Below, one piece after another: positions 12,494-27,211 of a stretch of DNA of 64,000 bases. Source of the DNA: Octopus vulgaris (Eukaryota); contig OX597817.1 in NCBI GenBank assembly GCA_951406725.2, forward strand, positions 1,674,001-1,738,000. The letters run 5' to 3'. Each line of letters opens with the position of its first letter. Within the stretch, counting starts at the first letter, position 1. The position numbers and the translations under genes were made by a program. The notes under the pieces are model-generated. The model was not told the origin of the DNA. It saw only the letters and a program-made list of their open reading frames with translations, and did not search any database.

Positions 12494-13477
12494 GATGAAA
12501 TCCACTCATTCACACGCCAGATTTTACCATAACGATAAATACACGTGTGGTTCAATTGATTACATCCGACGTTATAATTCAAATGCCCCTACCAACAGCG
12601 CGCCAAACTTTCACGGAAACAAATACTACATTTAGAAATAAATGTAGAATAATTATAATTAATTAATAAGGGTGAGAGAATTAGATACTAATTTAATAGT
12701 ATATATATTCAACACCAAGTGGCCCAGTGCCCCGAGAAACCTGGATTATTATAATATTTTATAATATATTATAATATTTTATACAAAAATAAATATAAGA
12801 GAGTGGTCACTAAATGGCTCACTCTAGCACTAGTAAATCCAAAAGAGCTATTGAAAAAAAGAATTATTATTTTGAATGGATATACTGAAAAAAAAAATCA
12901 ATGTTACAGAAAGGAACAGGTGTAATTATGGCAATATATGTATGGGAACTTAGAAGGATATGAAAGAGATTCATAATACTGAGTATATGTGTCTCAGATG
13001 AAAGATCCCCAGAACGTTCAAAAGATCATTAAATCACGCCGTCTCTTTGAAGAACGACTGCTCTTAAATGGCTGGTTTGTGGCTCACAGATATAGCTTTC
13101 TTCTAGCTTAAAGCTTATCAGTGAACGAAAGAGTTCAGTGCAGAGAAAAATGGCTTTTGTAAACGATTCAGGTTTTAGGTATAAGTAAAGACCTTATGGC
13201 TTTATTCATTTATCAGAAACAAGAACAAACGTGATCTCAACATGGAAATAGCGATGTTGTGTATTTATCAATGACAGAAATGGATACCACAAGTGAGATC
13301 TGCAAAGTTCCGGATAAAAACTGAATTGTGTAACCGTCAGTAATTCTAAGAACCTCAGCTGTTATTCTGTGACCTGCAACAATATATATGTGACAACTAT
13401 GCAGATATATTTAAGTTACTGAAAATGATCTAACTGATGTGTATGGACCCAAGTAAATTGATGATATTGCGAAAGAG

Positions 13478-13790
13478 TAATAGTAGTAGCAGGCATCCGT
13501 CAGTCTCGAGAGGCCATGGATCTGCGCCAGAAGAAATCGTGTCAGCTGCTGATGGTGGTGCAGCGTCTATTGTGGTTGTACAGGCCCACACGGTAGTGGC
13601 AGTCACGCATACAGCGACTGCCTTTTAAGGATCTCTCTGCCGGCGTTACTGATTTCTCCTTCGGTCGAGTGCGCTTTTCTGTTTTACTTCCGCTCGTTTC
13701 ATCCTCTTTTGCAGTATTTGTCTCCAATGTGGGCGATCACCTTTTATCCCAGGACGTCCAGATCAAGCGATATCATATCTCTCTTGGAAA
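13478..13790 (-). mobile_element. RTE-clade LINE 3' end
   Basis: Minus strand terminal zinc-finger-like SRCMRDCHYRVGLYNHNRRC, then ggcgcagatccatggcctctcgagactgacggatgcct and a (ACT)n tail, typical of RTE 3' ends. Confidence 0.75.
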
Positions 13791-14162
13791 TCCAAATCAA
13801 CCATAGCCGTCACTCGCCTGTGAATATGACATGGCATCATATACCACACTTTCGCTGATTGTTTCCGGCGCTTAAGTAATCGTAACCATTCATCGACACA
13901 CTCTCTACTCTGCAGAATACAGAGGACGTGATAGCGGAGATAAAGAGAGCTCTACTAACATGGGGCTGGTACGCATTATTGGTTAAATAAACAGAGCATC
14001 GGGTCCAAGAACTGAACCCACTTCTCTGTGATCGTGAACCCAACACGCTAGTCACCAGTCACACACCTTCACTTGTTTGAACAGATACATGTAATATGTG
14101 GCGTGTGTATGTGTATATGTATACATACACACAGACACAGGTACACAAACACGTATACATAC

Positions 14163-14217
<55 letters not shown>

Positions 14218-14608
14218 TAGATATATACATCAAGCAGATATATGTATTTCAATATTCCATTTACGTATCCAAGGTCCACTGACTACTGAGTAGTGAAAAA
14301 TACTTGTACATTTGGAAGGTGTGTGTAGTACTTAGATTCTACTTTTCCTTCTACAAAATCCTTTTTTTAGTCAAAGGCTTCTCGGATGTCTTTTGACAAC
14401 TATAAATTAATATTCCTATATAAGTATGTATGTTCATATGTAAGCTTATAAGTATGTATGAATGTTTGTGTGAATTCTTAGACTGTGTTATTAGATTTAC
14501 ACACACACATACATATATATGTATATATATACACACACACATATATACATATATACATATATACATATATACATATATACGAACATACATATATATTCAT
14601 AGGCACAA

Positions 14609-14639
<31 letters not shown>

Positions 14640-15177
14640 TGGGTGCATGGGTATGTGGTCGTTTCTTTGTCCCTGTCATATAATTGATTTCCTGACACTA
14701 TTGATCTCTCAACGAAACTTCAAAGCCGTACACGTTCCTTCTTGATGTTGATTGTACAAAGAATATAAATTGTTGTTTGTAAGTTGACGCACTGAAGCAG
14801 GATGTTTTCACACTCTACGTGCAATCAGATGCTTAGCATTTGTACCGCCACCACAATCATCACCATGAAAGACAAAATACAAAAACAAAAGCAAAAAACA
14901 AGTACGGCCACTCACAACCTTTCCCCATTAATTTTACCTCTTTATAAGCATTATCTTCTTCAGCAGCCCCCAATACTATCGTCATGCCCCTCTTTCACCA
15001 TCATAGCAAGCACCGTCACCATCTCCACGATGATGACGACTACGACGAGCAACATTCCATTACCAGCTTCTCGGTTCCCACACCATCTTTACACTAACTC
15101 TTCAATCACCACCACTCAGTGCAACTAATCGCTTCATTAGTTCCATCATCAGTACTATGATCACCGTAAGTTCCACT

Positions 15178-15179
<2 letters not shown>

Positions 15180-15247
<68 letters not shown>
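15180..15247. repeat. (CAG)n microsatellite
   Basis: Direct reading. Confidence 0.97.
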
Positions 15248-15988
15248 CTGTCACAGCCATCTCTGTGGTGCTCCCCGTCGCATGACCTCTAAGAAATACA
15301 AGCCTCATGGCATATCCTCACATATGTATATGTAAGGCACATTAGAGCAGTAGTCCCAAATACACCTCAAAAAACGGAATAGGTTCGCGGCTGGAATGTT
15401 TTCTGGGATTGTCAGTTTGCACAATCAAAGCTGAACTTGTGTGAATCGCTAACATCAACAACAACCAGCCTTCCATCGCATTGAGTACCATAACAAACAT
15501 GCATCATCTTCTACAAATCAATATACCGTTTGTATTTTCCGGAATACCAATCGAATACTTCGGACCAAAATTTACTGCAAAAGAGGTAGATCGACTTATA
15601 GACCAAGACGACTCTGGAGGACCGAATATTCCACGTGAAATGCTGCAGGATTTGAAAAGATGGCGACAATTTTCTAACGTTTACACTACTTGTTTCGGCT
15701 TATATGATGGAAAATACGGTACTTACAGGTGTTAAGAAGTGCATTTGGTAATCACGCCGTCCCATGTTCAATCTTACTTCATGGTGTCCTAGACAAATAT
15801 ATTTTATCATAACTTCGGTTCGACCCAAATTAGTAAAATTAGGGAGATGGAAACTAAACTGTGTGAAACTTTATCGGATTGTTCATTACTGGAATTCAAA
15901 AATACCGTCTCATCAACATACAAATGTCACATTGATTCTGCTGGGGAATTACGTTATCAGTGCAAGTGTTTGAGGAATACTCGCTCAC

Positions 15989-16088
15989 TTCATATGTTAG
16001 TTCAACGAACGTAGTTCCCACGACTGAACAAATTATTTTTCATATGTTAGTTCAACGAACGTAGTTCCCACGACTGAACAAATTATTT
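15989..16088. repeat. Perfect 50-bp tandem duplication
   Basis: ttcatatgttagttcaacgaacgtagttcccacgactgaacaaattattt at 15989 and 16039. Confidence 0.92.
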
Positions 16089-16942
16089 CTCATCATCAAA
16101 CTCGGAGTAGGTTCCTCCGGTACTCGGCAGAAGGACACTAGTGCGCTCAAAAATACAATAAATGTACTAATTATCAACTTCAAGACTCGTCCTTACCATC
16201 TTCCATAAAATCACTATCACCACCTTCGCCATCATCATTTCTCTCCACCGCTGCCACAAAGCAACGAGAGAGCACCTACACAGTCGTTTGATCTGTTAGT
16301 GATAGCAACTAAATCTCCCTCTAATCACACACTGACGGTTTAAAAAGGTGCATATTAAATGACATTGGCCTATGTGCTCTACGATTAGAGAAAAGGCAAA
16401 GATGTCTGTGCTCTTTATTCAGAGTGAATCCGGCCCTATGCAGCAATTGGTGAGTTTAGATCTCTGTCATTCGATAATGAGTATTCCATTATTCAACCAA
16501 CTAAATTAACTGCTCCTGAATTAACGTGTAAGGGGGCTAAGCAGTTTATAAAGACGTATACCCGTAACTTAATTCTCAAGCAAAATTTGTGTGAGACAAA
16601 ACTATACATTTGAACTATAATTATAATCCACCCGACAGGTACATCTTGGGCTATATTAATAAATGTGATCTGTTCTATTCTTAAAGCAACGCTATGTGGT
16701 TAAAGATTCGGCTGCTCTTTCGAGCAAGACAAGCCACCACTTACAAGCACTATAGTTGGTTCTGATGATTATAATCATCGTTATGGTAATTGGTTGTTAT
16801 TGTTATTCTTTAAGCCCAGTTAAACCCTGTTCGAACAAGCCTGAGGTCAAAGACATGCCAGTCACGATCATCCTGACTTTTGCATACGTGCTGGCAATCA
16901 GTTTTCAAAGTGTCCGTTTTTTATGACGCTCGGGTGTAATTT

Positions 16943-17022
<80 letters not shown>

Positions 17023-17767
17023 CCAGCATTATTTTGATTAGGTCAAGCGATCATTTAGAGGCTCCTTTGTTGATTCCCGGTACTGATGGTTCTTATCGAT
17101 TTTTGATGATTATTGTTGTTGCTGCTGTTCAGTCAAGACCAATCCAACGTGACATCGATACGAGTTGAAAGACCCTCCAGACCTATTGCTTCTAGTAATT
17201 TCAGGACTCTGCCTAGTGGAGGAATATAGCAGACGCAGGCTATGTTCTCTCAACTATTACCTAACGGAATGGGTAAAACAATCACTAGCCTTCCTTTTTC
17301 AAGTCGGGAGGGTTTGATCTGAGGAATATTTCGCTATTTATTTCTTGCAAGTCAAAAAAATTTCTTAGTAGTTCTCTCATCTAGTTGTAGCATTGGTGTT
17401 GGCGTTGTAGATGAAGATTATGTTTAATAAAAACAGATGTGGAGCAGGACGAAGGAGAAAGGAAGGTGCAGCGTTTGTGTGATAACAGTACATTCTTTCA
17501 GATATTGAGATATTGATTGATTTAAGAAACACGTGTATGAGAGGGAGTTTATAATATTAATTCAATCTATGCACATAGCTGTCACGTATATTATGAAGCA
17601 TGGAATATTGAAAGATAAAGTCGACAAACGACGGGATTTGAATTAGCGTAGTCAGAATTCTCAACGATATATACAGTGATGATGATGATGATGATGATGA
17701 TGATATATATATACTTTTATGCTTGTATACTAAAACACCTACTTACATATATATATATATGCATGTA

Positions 17768-17845
<78 letters not shown>

Positions 17846-18047
17846 AAAAAAAAACACAGACACACACACACATATATATACATAATATATGTGTGTGTGT
17901 GTATGTATGTATGTATATGTGTATATTCTGTTCCTGCATGCATACCTTACATACATAAAGCTTGACATATATGCTCATACATGTATCTATATCAGCCTGT
18001 TTATAGAAATATATCAACACATTAGCGATACTACATTATCTACATAA

Positions 18048-18078
<31 letters not shown>

Positions 18079-18168
18079 AGCGCGCAAAACAAAGTCGCAG
18101 GTGTGCGCACACGTTCATTTCCATGGATTTACTTCATTCATTCATCCATCCATACATACATACATACA

Positions 18169-18204
<36 letters not shown>

Positions 18205-19348
18205 TATGTATGTATGTATGTATATATATATATATATATACATACATGCAAATACATATAATGATATATGCAATCATATATTTTCATATGATAATATTAT
18301 CAACGAATATTGTTGTTGTCTTTTCCATATTTTTATACGATGAAATATCAGCCAAAATAAACACAAAACTATAGAAATAATTTTAAAGAAAATCTAAAAA
18401 AAGCAACATACTCGTACATAAACACACACATACACACACACACACGCACACACACGCACACACACATACACACAGACGCTCGCACACAGACGCTCGCACA
18501 CAAACGTACATATACATGAACATGTCACATGTCAAAAAATAAAACATAAATGAAATGAACGAGTGTGCGGCATAAGTCGTTACCGACTCAACCACAAAAA
18601 TGACAACAGAAGAAGAACGACAACATTACCATAAGAGAAACATCACCAACAAAACAACACCAACGAAAGAAAACCAACGATGAGGAATGGAGCAGAATTC
18701 TGATGGGTTTAAAATCCTCGCGAAACATTTAATTTAAGGATAGACCATTGCTTCCATCTTTTCCATTACAGCACTCTCGTGTCCGTGGAATTGATAAACT
18801 GGAATCGTGTGAAAATTTAACCGAATGACGTATCACCCTCCGCTAATAGCTTTCCCGCCAAACAGTTTAATAACGATGTGTGTGTGTGTGAGGACATTAT
18901 AGTCTATGAGTGCATATGTTTGTCTGAGCGTGTGTGTGTGTATGTGTGTATGTAAGGAGGAGGAGAGAGAGAGGTGGGGAGAGAGTGTTTGTCACGGTGT
19001 TATCTTTTGGTGGCAGCGTTCAATCATCGCTGCATTCTTCTGCTCCGTTTTATGATTGATTAGTGAATCCCACCAATAAATTTCGTCATATATTTCCCAG
19101 CATGCACGTACATTTGGTGCTAAATATGTACGTGAGTCTCATATTGGAATCTGGGAATACCTGAATATGCATGTATGCACACTCACACACACACAAACCT
19201 GCGCACGAACACACACTCACACAAACACACACACAGACAAACACACAAACAAAATATATACATTATTCACGGCAGCAAGTGCACCGCACATACAAATATA
19301 AATATTTCGTGTTAAAAGCAGAATACCTAATTTCGTGTATGTGTGTAT

Positions 19349-19392
<44 letters not shown>

Positions 19393-19659
19393 GCATGTAT
19401 GTATATATCCACATATATGTAAGTGTAAGTATTTATGTATGCATGCATATGTATGTGCATTTGCGTATATATGTATATATGCAGATGTATGTACATAGAT
19501 GTATATACATATACCACCATAAATGTACGCAGACATAGAGAGACAGACAGACACAAACACACATAAGCAAGTAATTTATAATGAACAAGTAAAAAGAACT
19601 CAATACATCTGGAAAGTTTTACAGATCCTTACCATCCCATTGTTGGATTGGATCTGTAA

Positions 19660-19973
<314 letters not shown>

Positions 19974-20059
19974 GAAAGATTTGATAATTAGTTGAAAACG
20001 CGAATCTTTTATTTTATGCTGATGTTGCTTACTTATTACAAAGATCTTAAGATATCTGT

Positions 20060-20990
20060 TCACTGGTAATTTCTGTTGAGTGCTATTTCCAGCTTAAATT
20101 AAAAGTTCAAACAAATCACATACGAAAATATATCCTATCATATTCTATTGTCTGTCGCCATCGTTTTGCCAGTGGCTCAATTCCATGCTTATACCATTTG
20201 GCAAAAAACTCTACGTACCTATTTTCAATCTTATTCACAGCCCGTGCAGGAAATGAGCCATTCCTAGGAAAAGGTCTGCCCTGTAGGTTGGATAGGTAGC
20301 ATTTCCAGCTCCTCAAGTACCTCAGGTTTACGCTTGGTCACATTAGCAGTGTGAACAGCGGCATTGGCATGCTGTAGGCGTGCACGTCTTCGATTGACTA
20401 ATGCCGAGTAGCGAGCTGACAGGTTCAAAGCGAAACATCCCTTCAAAATTCCACCGAACACACAACAGGTTCTCAAGCCTGGCTGGAACGAAGCTACAGT
20501 TTCTCTAATTAAGATTACGAAAATAGTTCCATTTTTCACCCTCAGTTACAATTCGACACCCAAAATGCGCATCTCGAGGATTTGCCAGCAGTTGTTTGAA
20601 AATTATCATACGTCGCTGAATCTAATTATTGGTCAGTTCATGAGAAGCTTCTCGACAACGCCTGATCACTAATTCGAGCATATGGAGGTGTCAATCAATG
20701 ATGCTTTATAAAGGATCAAGCTGGTTTGTCTTTGAGGATGGTGTGACTTTCCTTGAAACATCATCTAGTTTTGTGCCACACGTTCGTTGACAATTCGTGG
20801 GCCTTCCACATCATTATTTTTTTTTTCCCGCTACCTTTGCTCTCAATCCTGTTTTCCAAAGGTAGCGTAAATAGCTCTAATTATAGATTTTTCCCCACTC
20901 ATCATCAAAGCTGTAAAATAAAGGATAAACAATTGATGTTTATATGTTCAGCAACGATTGGACGAAATGTATCAAATTGACGGAATGATA
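20060..20990 (-). mobile_element. Highly decayed mariner transposon
   Basis: LQHANAAVHTANVT...LEMLPIQP (compare QHDNARPH...LPHPAYSPDL) and WYKHGIEPLAKRWRQTIEYD, the mariner C-terminus; boundaries approximate. Confidence 0.72.
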
Positions 20991-21706
20991 GGAAGATACA
21001 AGTTACCAAACAACCATCAATGAAAATCCGAAAAACCTTTTGAATTAACATGTTTAAAGCATTACTTCCTTCTTTTTAAAAATTTTCACCATGACATAAC
21101 CAGAAGAATATTAATTGAACATTTTATGAAGCGAGACAATTATTTAGGCTTGGAAGAAATTCATGGAAAATGTGTTTATCTTTTATATTTTTAACTTATT
21201 TAATATATAATCCTCGTATTTATCACCTTAAATATCATTAAAAATTTATAACTTTCTCCCTATCAACTCCTTGGTTTTCGGTTCATCTTTATAAATATCC
21301 CTATAATACTTCATATGTATAATTTACATATAGATTGAGTATGTCTCTCCCATCCTTCCAACTCTCCAAAATCTTCTTGGAGGCATACTGTTTCTTTTTC
21401 TTCTTTTTTTTTTTACTTCTGGCACTACGGGTCTTGTTTACAATTCAACTTGTTTACCATTCGATCATTCATAAAGAATTCAATTATTTTTATCTAACTT
21501 TGCCTTAACTATAATTATATCTGTAATTTAAAATACCACCGAATTTTACAACTTATCTAAGTATTCCTTCCGGTATTTTAAAACGTTTGTTTACAATTTT
21601 ACTTGTGCTTTCCACTAATCAGTCTTAAGCTACATTTGTCTTGACAAGAATTATATAATTAATTTTATTTAATTAGTAATGTTCACTATACATATTCATA
21701 TACATA

Positions 21707-21951
21707 TACTAGCAGCGAAGCCCGGTTTCCCCCGGTTGGTTTGGATGATGTGGATGTAAAACCTTCTCTGTGTGAGCATTCGACTGGTTTGGGCACGTTT
21801 ACGTTAAAAAAAATAATTTTAGAATGACTTTTTCTGTCAAAACACTAAAAATAACTGAGCAACAACAAAAATAAGACCAACCACAATTCAACCAAATCAA
21901 AAAAGAAACCCAAATACTAAGCAAACAAAGATGAACCATCCCACTTCCATT

Positions 21952-22001
<50 letters not shown>

Positions 22002-22130
22002 TCACGTTCCCCCTTTTTAAATACACACACATATATTCACACAGTTGAAACGCTGTTTGATTTATTTTTTCCGCGTACAATTTTCATCATCCAACTACCA
22101 AGTATAGCATCACCCCTTCCTTCCTTATTC
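21707..22130 (+). mobile_element. Possible non-autonomous Helitron/Helentron-like element
   Basis: Begins actagcagcgaagcccggtttcccccgg (ACTAG plus a short GC palindrome) with an internal (CA)n; same style of terminus as 39128; 3' end uncertain. Confidence 0.4.
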
Positions 22131-22331
22131 ATCTATCACCCTTTCCTTTCTCATTCATAAACACAAGAGTATTATTATAGTGGATTATCTTGGTAACCAT
22201 TGCTGCTATGAAAATATACAAAGCCCAGCAACACCATCGGATCGTTCTACAAATGTGTGTAATTTTTCGCGCAAATCCACCCAGGCGTTTGACCGTGAAA
22301 TCCCAAGACAAGAAAGAATCGCCCATGTCAA

Positions 22332-22374
<43 letters not shown>

Positions 22375-22947
22375 TGTGTGTTTATGTGTGTGTACATATA
22401 TACATTCATACATACATCCATACATAGATACATGCATACACCATTTAACTACTTGAAACGTTAATATGAAATCTGGGCACATTTGTAAGTAATCGTAGCT
22501 TTCAGCTACTGTAAATGAATTACGATTATTTAGTATGTTACGGAAAGGTATTGAGTTCTTTGTACAAGTTTGCTGTGTTTTTGTTTTTTTGTTTTTTGTT
22601 ATGCTTGTGAATAAAGATATTGTAACATGTGTAGGGGTTTGTGCGCATCTCTCAATGAATCGGGTCGCAATTTTGCAGAGAAGGCGAAGCTCAATTCTTT
22701 CTTCTCCAATCCATAGCATTGAATATTCAGCTATTATCGAAGTGGACATATCAGTTTATATATATTTTCATGTGGCTAATTTCTAGCCGTTAATTAAACG
22801 AAATATATGTTATACACAACTCAACGCAAATGAGACACAGAAACAAATTCAAATAACAAAAAGACCAAATATGAAAGGAAATGACAAGAATGTAAACAGA
22901 TTCAGTTTCGACTCTTCTGAAAAGTGTTCAATCAACAGATGTCTCAT

Positions 22948-23098
22948 TATGTATGTATGCATGTATGTATGTATGCATGTATGTATGTATGTATGTATGT
23001 ATGTATGTATGTATGTATGTATGTATGTATGAATGCATGCATGCATGTATGTATGTATGTATGTATGTATGTATGTATGTATGTATGTATGTATGTAT
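22948..23098. repeat. (ATGT)n microsatellite
   Basis: Direct reading. Confidence 0.97.
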
Positions 23099-23099
23099 C

Positions 23100-23228
23100 A
23101 GCGGTAAAGGCTCCCCTCGGTCACGAATGACAATGAGTTTGCACCTAGAATGCTCCCCTCCGAAGTCCATGCAAGGTTGCTTACGGAAGACCAATAGTCG
23201 CCCATGCATACCAGCCTCCCCTCTCCGT
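23100..23228 (-). mobile_element. 3' fragment of SINE family C
   Basis: Reverse-complement similarity to the tail of 59788-60137 (ttgcacctagaa..ccctccga..gcaaggttg). Confidence 0.6.
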
Positions 23229-23229
23229 A

Positions 23230-23935
23230 AGGAAAAGGGAATTAGTTGATATTCAGTGACAGGCTTTGCAGTATAGGAATAAGAAATAACAGTAAAACAC
23301 CTAAGTCACAAAAGGGATAATGATGCAGGCAAACTGTTTAGATGCAGTAACCGATTCAAACTCTGTTCCTGAACACTGAATATTATGGTATCATACATAA
23401 GTAGTTGCCATGATATGTCGTGATGGTGTTATCTACTTACAAGGAATGACGGCGTGGCCAAGAGACTGTGTAATACAAACCTTAGAAAGGATAATCATGA
23501 AGATAAAATTTTAAGAAATACAGGCTTGTGGAGAGCATAAGAGTATATGATATTAAAGAATATTTGTTGAATATCTCTGTCAAGACCTCATTAAAATGCA
23601 AGCGTAACACACCATACTTAATTATCTGTGACTGAGGAAACCTATTGTGCATAGTAGTGGAAATCAGACGTTAACATAGTGTTCAAGTTTAAGGGGAAAG
23701 AAAACATTTATGCTAAACTGATAAGAAATCTGCAGTTATTCCATTCTGACTATGGTTTTTAAGTTTACATCTATAATTATTGGGGTACTTGAATTTGTGA
23801 CCAAGTATCTCAGTACCAATCTTAAGAAGCTGGGTTTCACAAAATAAGTAAAGAGACGGGTAATTAGGAAATTACAATTACAAGCCATTAAAGGCATCGT
23901 GAAAGTATGCAAAATATTCCAGATGTTTTAGCATG
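23230..23935 (+). mobile_element. RLE-type (R4/NeSL-like) non-LTR retrotransposon 3' ORF remnant
   Basis: Decayed peptides KTSLKCKRNTPYLII, IVVEI, KENIYAKLIRNLQL, IIIGVL, RKLQLQAIKGIVKVCK match the restriction-like endonuclease C-terminus (RPD..K..KY..GALG). Confidence 0.68.
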
Positions 23936-24825
23936 TAATAAATGAATATACATACATGCACACACACAAACATATGTCTATATACTCATCCATGAACCAA
24001 AACATACTAATCCACACCGCCATGATATTCACGCTTGCACACATACATACCGTTGCACATACACACATATTTATATGCAAACATATGTGCATGCATGCAT
24101 AAATACAGAAACACACACATACGACTACTTCAATGAAGTTGTCTAAATTCCGGTGAAAGAACCGGCCCTTTCTCTGTTGGTGAGGAATTTGAAAAACCAG
24201 AAACAGCAAAACATGTATACATACATGCATGCACACACAGACACACAGACACACGCACGCATGCATGCAAACACACACGCATACATGCATACATACATAC
24301 ACAAAGTAGAGACTAATTATACATATGTGTATATGTACAGATACACCTGTATACAATTATACTTTATGTTCAAATAGAAACACTATACCTATGAAATTCC
24401 TGCGTGGTTCTGAGGTGTATTTTTTCCCCTCATTCTTTAAAGACAGATGAATTCAGTCTGAATCGTTTAGTTTCATCTTAATAATTTTATTTTATTTTTG
24501 ACTTGTGAAATATCTTCTCAGCTAAAATAGCTTTTGATATTTAGCACTTGTGATGTAAATTAACATTAACTGTTTTCACCATTTTCTTTTTCGCTTTTCT
24601 CTCTTTTTTCCCATCCACTTTTAGTTATTATTTTTATTATTTTATTTATATCCGCCAGAACCAGCTTTCACTTTGTGTCAATCTCCATTCGCGTCATCTA
24701 CACTTGAAAAACAAATAAAAATAATTAAAAATTAAAACACATTTAAACCTCTTAACACCATTGCTTCATTTTTTAACGCATCTATTTACATATCAAAAAC
24801 TTTGTTTACTTCGTAGCATCGTAGC

Positions 24826-25000
<175 letters not shown>

Positions 25001-25539
25001 TATAACCATCGATGTTTTTACATAACTTTTTATGAAGGACATTCCGAAATATAAGGAACTTAACCTCCACCATGATTTCCTAACTGCATAACAAAATTCC
25101 TATTATATAATATATCAGCTGCATTAAAAAAAATTTTGAAACTTAATTTATATTATATGAATATTGCTCAGTTTCATCTTAAAATTACAGCTACATCTTT
25201 CTAAGAAAGTGAGTGACTAACTATTACAAGTTATAATTTGACTATGCTAGTTGGTGATATGGTTAACTATGTTGAGTTAACCACGCAATTACTTGATCCT
25301 GGTCGTTAAAAATACAACGAGACACATTTGGTTTTTGTGGTTTAATATCTCATTTAAAAATATTTCTTACTTTTCGTGTATAATATTTTCGATGTTCTCT
25401 TAAATTGATTTCCAATATACACCCGATTTCGTTCTTGGCAAAATTCGAACCCATAATGTTAACGAATGAAACTTAACCTCATAAGGTATTTTGTCCATCC
25501 TCTCACGATTTTGCTAAAGGATGTTTCAGAGAAATCTAC

Positions 25540-26482
25540 CATTTGTCTTCTGTGTATGGAAACACTAACTCACTTCTTCGATTAATGGATTTGTTGAAGT
25601 TTTAGAAAATATTGGATCATCAATATTCCGTTCCAAATATATACTTATTGAAAAAGTACGCTGGACAGATTTCATTTTCTAGGATCAGTAAAATATGGGA
25701 GTATTGCTTAAGGAATACTGGAACAGAAATCCTGAGTTCAGATAGGAGTAGGAACCAGTTTAAGAGTTTGCAATTCTACATCTATGTAAAAAATTCAAAT
25801 TTATCAGTGAAACAATCTGGTATCTGCTACCATCATCACGGTCAAGACGCAACTAAACCTTCAAAGCCTCTTCAAATGGTATGCTTCTCTTTGACCGATA
25901 ATATCTCCTGAAGACCTCACATCTACAACATTTCTAAAGCTATAATGCAATGATTTTTTCTTCCTCTTTTGAACCAGAAATTGTTTCAGTTATCAATAGT
26001 TGTTAATTTTTTATGAATATGAAGGAAGACCCAGAACAGAATTGTCTTCCACATTTGCTACACTTCCGAGCATCACCCAAAAAGATATCCGACTGATTAG
26101 AGCGGAATCATTCACAAACACACTCCACCCTCTGACTCAGAAATGGGGCATGCTGTCTCTTTACACTAAATCCTCGTCGTCAGACCTGTCTGCTCTTGTA
26201 CCATCTCAAACCAGGCCGAACTCATTCACCTTCCTTTTCTTCGTTTATCTTCTGTATTGCTTCTGTTGTTCTACGTCTTGCACTACTTACGATTTCGAGT
26301 CATTTCTCTCATATATGCCAGCTCCGTGGAACCCTTCTCTAACCAGGCTTTTTCTGCAGCGGTAAACTTGCAATTGTTCGAGGAGAACAATAGTCACACC
26401 AATCACATCCACCTTGAGGGACCTATGAATGCTATGGATGCAGTTCCTTTCTCCTAGCAAGACAAATAAATAAATAAATAAT
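25540..26482 (+). mobile_element. Decayed CR1/Jockey-like LINE 3' portion with (TAAA)n tail
   Basis: ITQKDIRLI, SSDLSALVP, SFLSYMPAPWNPSL and NLQLFEENN resemble the ORF2 end (IQKRAIRLI..SF..RT..LWN.L..NL..FK); tail at 26464-26481. Confidence 0.58.
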
Positions 26483-27211
26483 TAAAAGAACGCTACCAAA
26501 TAAAGAACCAGTTTGAATGTACAGACTCTAATTCCAATCAGGTTCCTAAGTTTACAACAACTTAGATATTATCCATAGGAGATCAGTTCTTTAAATTGTA
26601 AGAGAGTGAGCAGTTGATAAAATACAAGAAGGCCGTACCAAAGGTACTTTTTTGATAAATTACGACAGCATAATCATGGTTCTCATTTAAAACATTAGAA
26701 GCCCTCATAAAAAAGATATTTTTTTCACAAGATAATTGTTACATTTACTTTGGATATCTCTACGAACGAACTTTCCGCAATTTGGTTTGTACAAAAAGTA
26801 AGGTAAAAATCCTTAGTCGTAAACTTTTACATAGTTATTCAGTGGCTCAATCAGCGTTAAGATTGAATAAGGGTGATTACCATCTTGAACACAACCAAAC
26901 ATTCATAGATTTCTCTGAAGTTTCATGTAATAAGTGACAAAACATCTTCAAATGACTACAATTTGATATTCGGCGGTTAGGTACGATTTATGCGAAGTTA
27001 GAAAGACAAAAGCTGTGATTTCTTCGCTTTTGCTCAGTTATTATGCTCTTCCCAAACAGAGAAGGTTCTCTAAACACTATTACTCAATTAATATATTGCT
27101 GTAAAGGAGCATTGTAAATGAGGAAAATACTGCATAGCATTTCATGAAAGTACTCCCGTTTTCTATGAGGGTCGTTAACACCGCCAAAGCTTTACCTTCA
27201 TTCTCCAAAGC

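Larger units (their letters stand above)
11185..12845 (-). repeat. Tandem array: 3 full units of 535-536 bp plus a 55-bp partial unit, each full unit with a hammerhead ribozyme (non-LTR retrozyme or PLE pseudo-LTR-like)
   Basis: Unit start aaatataagagagtggtcac at 11185, 11721, 12256 and 12791; only a few substitutions or indels between units; no ORF in the track; abuts (TA)n at 11123-11184. Confidence 0.95.

Noticed and set aside
11185-12845. CRISPR array or plain satellite interpretation
   Set aside because: There are no short repeats with unique spacers and the context is eukaryotic. Whole 535-bp units repeat, and each carries a ribozyme fold.
14268-14316. Hammerhead-like ctg-actac-tga-gtagt-gaaa; similar partial hits at about 14690, 25030 and 35500
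   Set aside because: The CUGANGA core or the required stems are incomplete. They may be decayed relics but are not supportable.
15481-15735. 84-aa ORF with protein-like composition
   Set aside because: It has a TTG start and no recognisable domain. Alternative frames weakly resemble a decayed RTE-like ORF end (KRGR..RPRR.W; D..RWR).
22129-22749. Longest ORF in the track (206 aa)
   Set aside because: It spans TA/CA microsatellites and has no recognisable motifs, so it is likely a chance ORF.
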